From Eubacteriales bacterium (GTDB taxonomy: Bacteria > Bacillota > Clostridia > Oscillospirales > CAG-272): a DNA stretch of 64,000 bases. The stretch lies in NCBI GenBank assembly GCA_045661245.1, contig JAZRFH010000010.1, positions 18,098 through 82,097 on the forward strand, written 5' to 3'. Positions 60,758 to 64,000 of this stretch are shown here, piece after piece (the first letter of the stretch is position 1; every line of letters starts with the position of its first letter). The notes below the pieces were generated by a model. The model had not been told where the DNA came from. It did no database searches and was given only the letters and a program-made list of their open reading frames with translations. The position numbers were made by a program, and so were the translations under genes.

Positions 60758-61752
60758 CCAAGACCACCCACAGCACTCTCAATAAGCGCGTCAAGCACAC
60801 GCCCTTCTTCTATCCCGTACGCGTCAAGCATAGCAAGGTAAAGGCTTGCGTCGGTAAATCCCGGCATTGTGTTGATTTCGTTAAGCAGGATTTTATCCCT
60901 ATGCAAAAAATAGTCAAACCGCGCCATTCTCTTAATGCCCATAACGTGAGCTAGGCGCTGCGTGTAATCGCTAAGAATATTTACGGTATCTTTACTGACG
61001 TCTGCTACAACGCGTGTTTCAGTGCGTTTTTTATACTTTTCGGCAAAGCCGTAGGTTCCGTCAAGAATTATCTCGGCAGGCGGTGTTATAAATTCGCCTT
61101 CGGCTGCGTTGAGATAGGCTACTTCGAGCTCTCGCTTGCCCTCAATAAGCTCCTCGGCTATAACGTCGTCTGCAAGCGCTATTGCCGCCGAATACACAGT
61201 GTAGAATTCTTCACGCGTGTGCACTGCTCCCGCTCCGTGTGAACTGCCGAGTGCGTTAGGCTTTATAAAGATGGGGTAGCCGAGCTCCTTTTCGCACAGT
61301 GTTCGCGCCTCTTCCTTGTCGGTACTTCGCAGAGCAACGAATTTTGCGGTCGGTATGCCCAAGGCTATCGCTATAAGCTTTGTGTTGATTTTGTCAAGAG
61401 CTAAGGCGCTGCTGCCGCAAGGCTCACCTACAACGTTAATTCCCGCAGTAGTGAGCGCGCCCTGTACAGTGCCGTCCTCACCGCCGTCACCGTGCAAAAG
61501 AGGAAATGCTGCATCGCAGGGAACAATACCGCCCGCACGCCAAAAGCCGCTTTTGCCCGAAAGCCGTGTCGGAAAGGTGGGGTAGCACTCGTCGCCTTTA
61601 ATTAAGTACCAGTCACCCGTTTTGTCTATAAAGACTTCAAGTAGGTCGTATTTTTGTGGGTCTATAAGCTTTTTGAAATTTTTACTGCCAAGCACCGAAA
61701 TCTCGTGCTCACAGCCTCGCCCCCCGTAAAGAAGAGCTACGGTTTTTCTCAT
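60754..61752 (-). CDS. ddl: D-alanine--D-alanine ligase
   Basis: GGRGCEHEIS, LHGDGGEDG, GSS, NEINTMPGFT. Confidence 0.93.
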   Translation of the reverse strand: MRKTVALLYGGRGCEHEISVLGSKNFKKLIDPQKYDLLEVFIDKTGDWYLIKGDECYPTFPTRLSGKSGFWRAGGIVPCDAAFPLLHGDGGEDGTVQGALTTAGINVVGEPCGSSALALDKINTKLIAIALGIPTAKFVALRSTDKEEARTLCEKELGYPIFIKPNALGSSHGAGAVHTREEFYTVYSAAIALADDVIAEELIEGKRELEVAYLNAAEGEFITPPAEIILDGTYGFAEKYKKRTETRVVADVSKDTVNILSDYTQRLAHVMGIKRMARFDYFLHRDKILLNEINTMPGFTDASLYLAMLDAYGIEEGRVLDALIESAVGGLG

Positions 61753-61795
61753 ATACATCACCTCGCCACAGTTTATGCAGGGCGGGCTGATTGAG

Positions 61796-62611
61796 TTATT
61801 GCCGTCTTATTACCGCAACGCGTGCGTTACCCGAATAATCGTAAATAATTTCTGTATTTGCGTTCAATTTATCTGCAAGAGCTGTTATTTTTTCTTTCTG
61901 GTCATAACCGATTTCAAATGCAACAAAACCGGATGGGTCGATAGTATCAAGTGATATTGGCAAAAGCCTTTCGTAAAACTCCATACCGTCGTGCTCTGCA
62001 ACAAAGGCACACTCAGGCTCACTGTATATCTCGGGGGCAAGCTCGGCGTAAGCCTCTCTTGTTACGTACGGCGGATTTGAAAGTATCGCATACGGACGGC
62101 GAGGGAGTGTGGGGAAGGAAGAGAGCAGGTCGCATTTCAAAAGATTGAGTCTATCAGCAACGCCTACACTCTCGGCATTTTTTTGCGCCAAAGCGAGTGC
62201 ACCGTCGGATATATCAACCGCTAAAGCCTCTGTATGCTGTGTGTTGTTGAGAACCGAAATGGCAATACATCCAGAGCCTGTGCATAAATCAAGAAAAAAT
62301 TCACCGCTCGGGATATGCTTTACCGCATAGTCAACAAGGTGCTCTGTATCCTGCCGCGGTATTAAAACGTCCGGGTTGACAAAATATTTTTCCCTGTAAA
62401 AATACACCTCACCGAGAATGTACTGCAAGGGCTCGCGCTCACATCTTCTCGCTATAAGCTGCCAAAAGCGGGGGTTGTCTATCTCTTTAGTCTTGTCAAT
62501 TCTATCCTGCCGCGGCTTTGCCGTCACAAAAAGGTACAGCTCGCGCGCATCCCATTCGGGTGAGTCAATCCCGGCCTTGGCAAGTATTTCCTCAGCGTCC
62601 TTAAGCGTCAT
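61796..62611 (-). CDS. prmC: Release factor glutamine methyltransferase
   Basis: EPLQYILG, VLIPRQDTE, DLCTGSGCI, SNPPY. Confidence 0.95.
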   Translation of the reverse strand: MTLKDAEEILAKAGIDSPEWDARELYLFVTAKPRQDRIDKTKEIDNPRFWQLIARRCEREPLQYILGEVYFYREKYFVNPDVLIPRQDTEHLVDYAVKHIPSGEFFLDLCTGSGCIAISVLNNTQHTEALAVDISDGALALAQKNAESVGVADRLNLLKCDLLSSFPTLPRRPYAILSNPPYVTREAYAELAPEIYSEPECAFVAEHDGMEFYERLLPISLDTIDPSGFVAFEIGYDQKEKITALADKLNANTEIIYDYSGNARVAVIRRQ

Positions 62612-63686
62612 TTTCCTGCTTTGCCTCGTTGGTGTCTGTGCTTTCGCAGTCGGGCGCTTCCTCTGCGCTCTCGGGCTTTTTCTCCCACGCGCGGCTCTCA
62701 TAAAACTCGCGGAACTCGGGGTAATCGTCGCGCAGAGCGCATTTTATAGAGGTTATAGCAACCTCAAGCATGTCAAGCGTCGGCTCTTTGGTAGTAATTC
62801 TTTGTACCCAAAGACCGGGGGCTGATATAGCACGTGTTAAAAAGTTATCGTGCTTGCCTGCAATCATAAGCACCTCGTAGCCGATACCCATAGATAAAGG
62901 CAGGGTTAAAAGGCTGATGCCGATATAAGCAAGCGGGCTAAGGTCGGTGAAAATCAAGCGTACGCAAAGGCTCAGCACAATGCCGAGGCCTATCATAAGA
63001 AACATAAAGCTCGTGCCGCAACGTGGGTGAAAGCGGCGGTGGCGCATAGCATTCTCGGGCGTCAGCTCCTCGCCTGCCTCAAAGCAAGCTATCGATTTAT
63101 GCTCGGCACCGTGATACATAAAGGTGCGGCGAATATCCTTAAGCAGTGACACGCCCCAAAGGTAAGCGATAAATATAAGCACCTTGACAACGCCCTCTGT
63201 CAGTGAAAGCCACGCATCGTCAAGAGTAATTTCAAACAGATGTAAGAAGGCGTAAGAGATACCGTAAGAGGCAAGCGCCGGTAAAACCTTAAACAGTGCA
63301 AGCGCCAAAACAAGTCCGAGTATCAGCGAAATTATCATTACAAGGTCGGTGAGCTTTATACCGATGTGGCGCTTAAGCCATTTTTCCAGCTTGCCGTCCT
63401 CTTCCTCAATACCCAGAGCCTCAGCAGATACGTTAAGTGTCTTAAAGCTCAAAATCATCATTTCCACAAAGTTAACAACTCCGCGCAAAATGGGTACGTT
63501 AAGTATTTTGTGCTTTTTTCTTACCGAAACAAATTTATTGTCGGTAACGGTGAGAGTGCCGTCGTCGCGCCTGCAGGTAGTAACCGTGCGCTCACCCGCC
63601 TTCATCATAACGCCCTCAAGCACCGCCTGACCGCCTACGCGGTTAAGCCTGTCGTTTTGTTTATTTTCACAGCAATTTTTGCTCAT
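62601..63686 (-). CDS. DUF1385 membrane protein
   Basis: GGQAVLEGVMM, YHGAEHK, HPRCGTSF, TTKEP; usual position upstream of prmC. Confidence 0.92.
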   Translation of the reverse strand: MSKNCCENKQNDRLNRVGGQAVLEGVMMKAGERTVTTCRRDDGTLTVTDNKFVSVRKKHKILNVPILRGVVNFVEMMILSFKTLNVSAEALGIEEEDGKLEKWLKRHIGIKLTDLVMIISLILGLVLALALFKVLPALASYGISYAFLHLFEITLDDAWLSLTEGVVKVLIFIAYLWGVSLLKDIRRTFMYHGAEHKSIACFEAGEELTPENAMRHRRFHPRCGTSFMFLMIGLGIVLSLCVRLIFTDLSPLAYIGISLLTLPLSMGIGYEVLMIAGKHDNFLTRAISAPGLWVQRITTKEPTLDMLEVAITSIKCALRDDYPEFREFYESRAWEKKPESAEEAPDCESTDTNEAKQENDA

Positions 63687-64000
63687 TTTTTACTCCGTTC
63701 CTGCCATAGGGCATAAGATACCAAGTAACATTATAGCACATATATATAAAAAAATAAACCCCGAAAACGAAAAATTAACAAAACAGTGGCTTGAAGGGAT
63801 AATAAAAACGGTCTGTATTATAGATTTATCGAATGCATATAAGAACGGTTTTTACGTTTGAATTATTAAGCCATAATCGTTGTGGCAGAGAGTAAAACCT
63901 ACCGGCCGTACCTTATAGAGCAAAACACACAATTAACGCACTATACCTGCAAGCATACACCCGTGGCAAGAAAAACGGAGATATTACTCGAAAACTCGAA

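Noticed and set aside
60754-61752. ddl as a D-Ala-D-Lac (vancomycin-resistance) ligase because of the F in YGFAEKY
   Set aside because: The specificity residue (E. coli DdlB Y216, after the Lys) is still Tyr, and no van genes are nearby
63690-64000. Possible gene or ncRNA at the right edge
   Set aside because: No convincing ORF or RNA motif in the visible part

Overview
Chromosomal origin region of an endospore-forming Clostridia-class Firmicute (gene content resembles gut Oscillospirales-type genomes; taxonomy is inferred). It contains the spoIIIAA-AH operon, abrB, spoIIE, spoVAC-AD-AE, an unannotated spoVM, dnaA-oriC-dnaN-recF-remB-gyrB-gyrA, parA/parB with two perfect parS sites, and many housekeeping genes (lysS, greA, mnmG, rnj, tsaD, galU, rbfA, ddl, prmC). 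No rRNA, tRNA, CRISPR array, integrase or transposase was seen. Most notable: (1) a 72-aa ~83% Asn/Gln repeat protein and a divergent amidohydrolase share one palindromic, bidirectional sigmaG-like promoter; (2) oriC has only non-canonical DnaA boxes (core CAACA), matched by substitutions in the DnaA recognition helix; (3) an XRE HTH protein ends in a MinD-type membrane-targeting helix; (4) a very acidic protein plus an RHH regulator sit behind a strong promoter; (5) heptamer/hairpin repeats, an iteron-like array and a truncated four-helix-bundle gene mark two accessory spots (~6 kb and downstream of guaA). All calls come from reading the sequence; no database searches were run.
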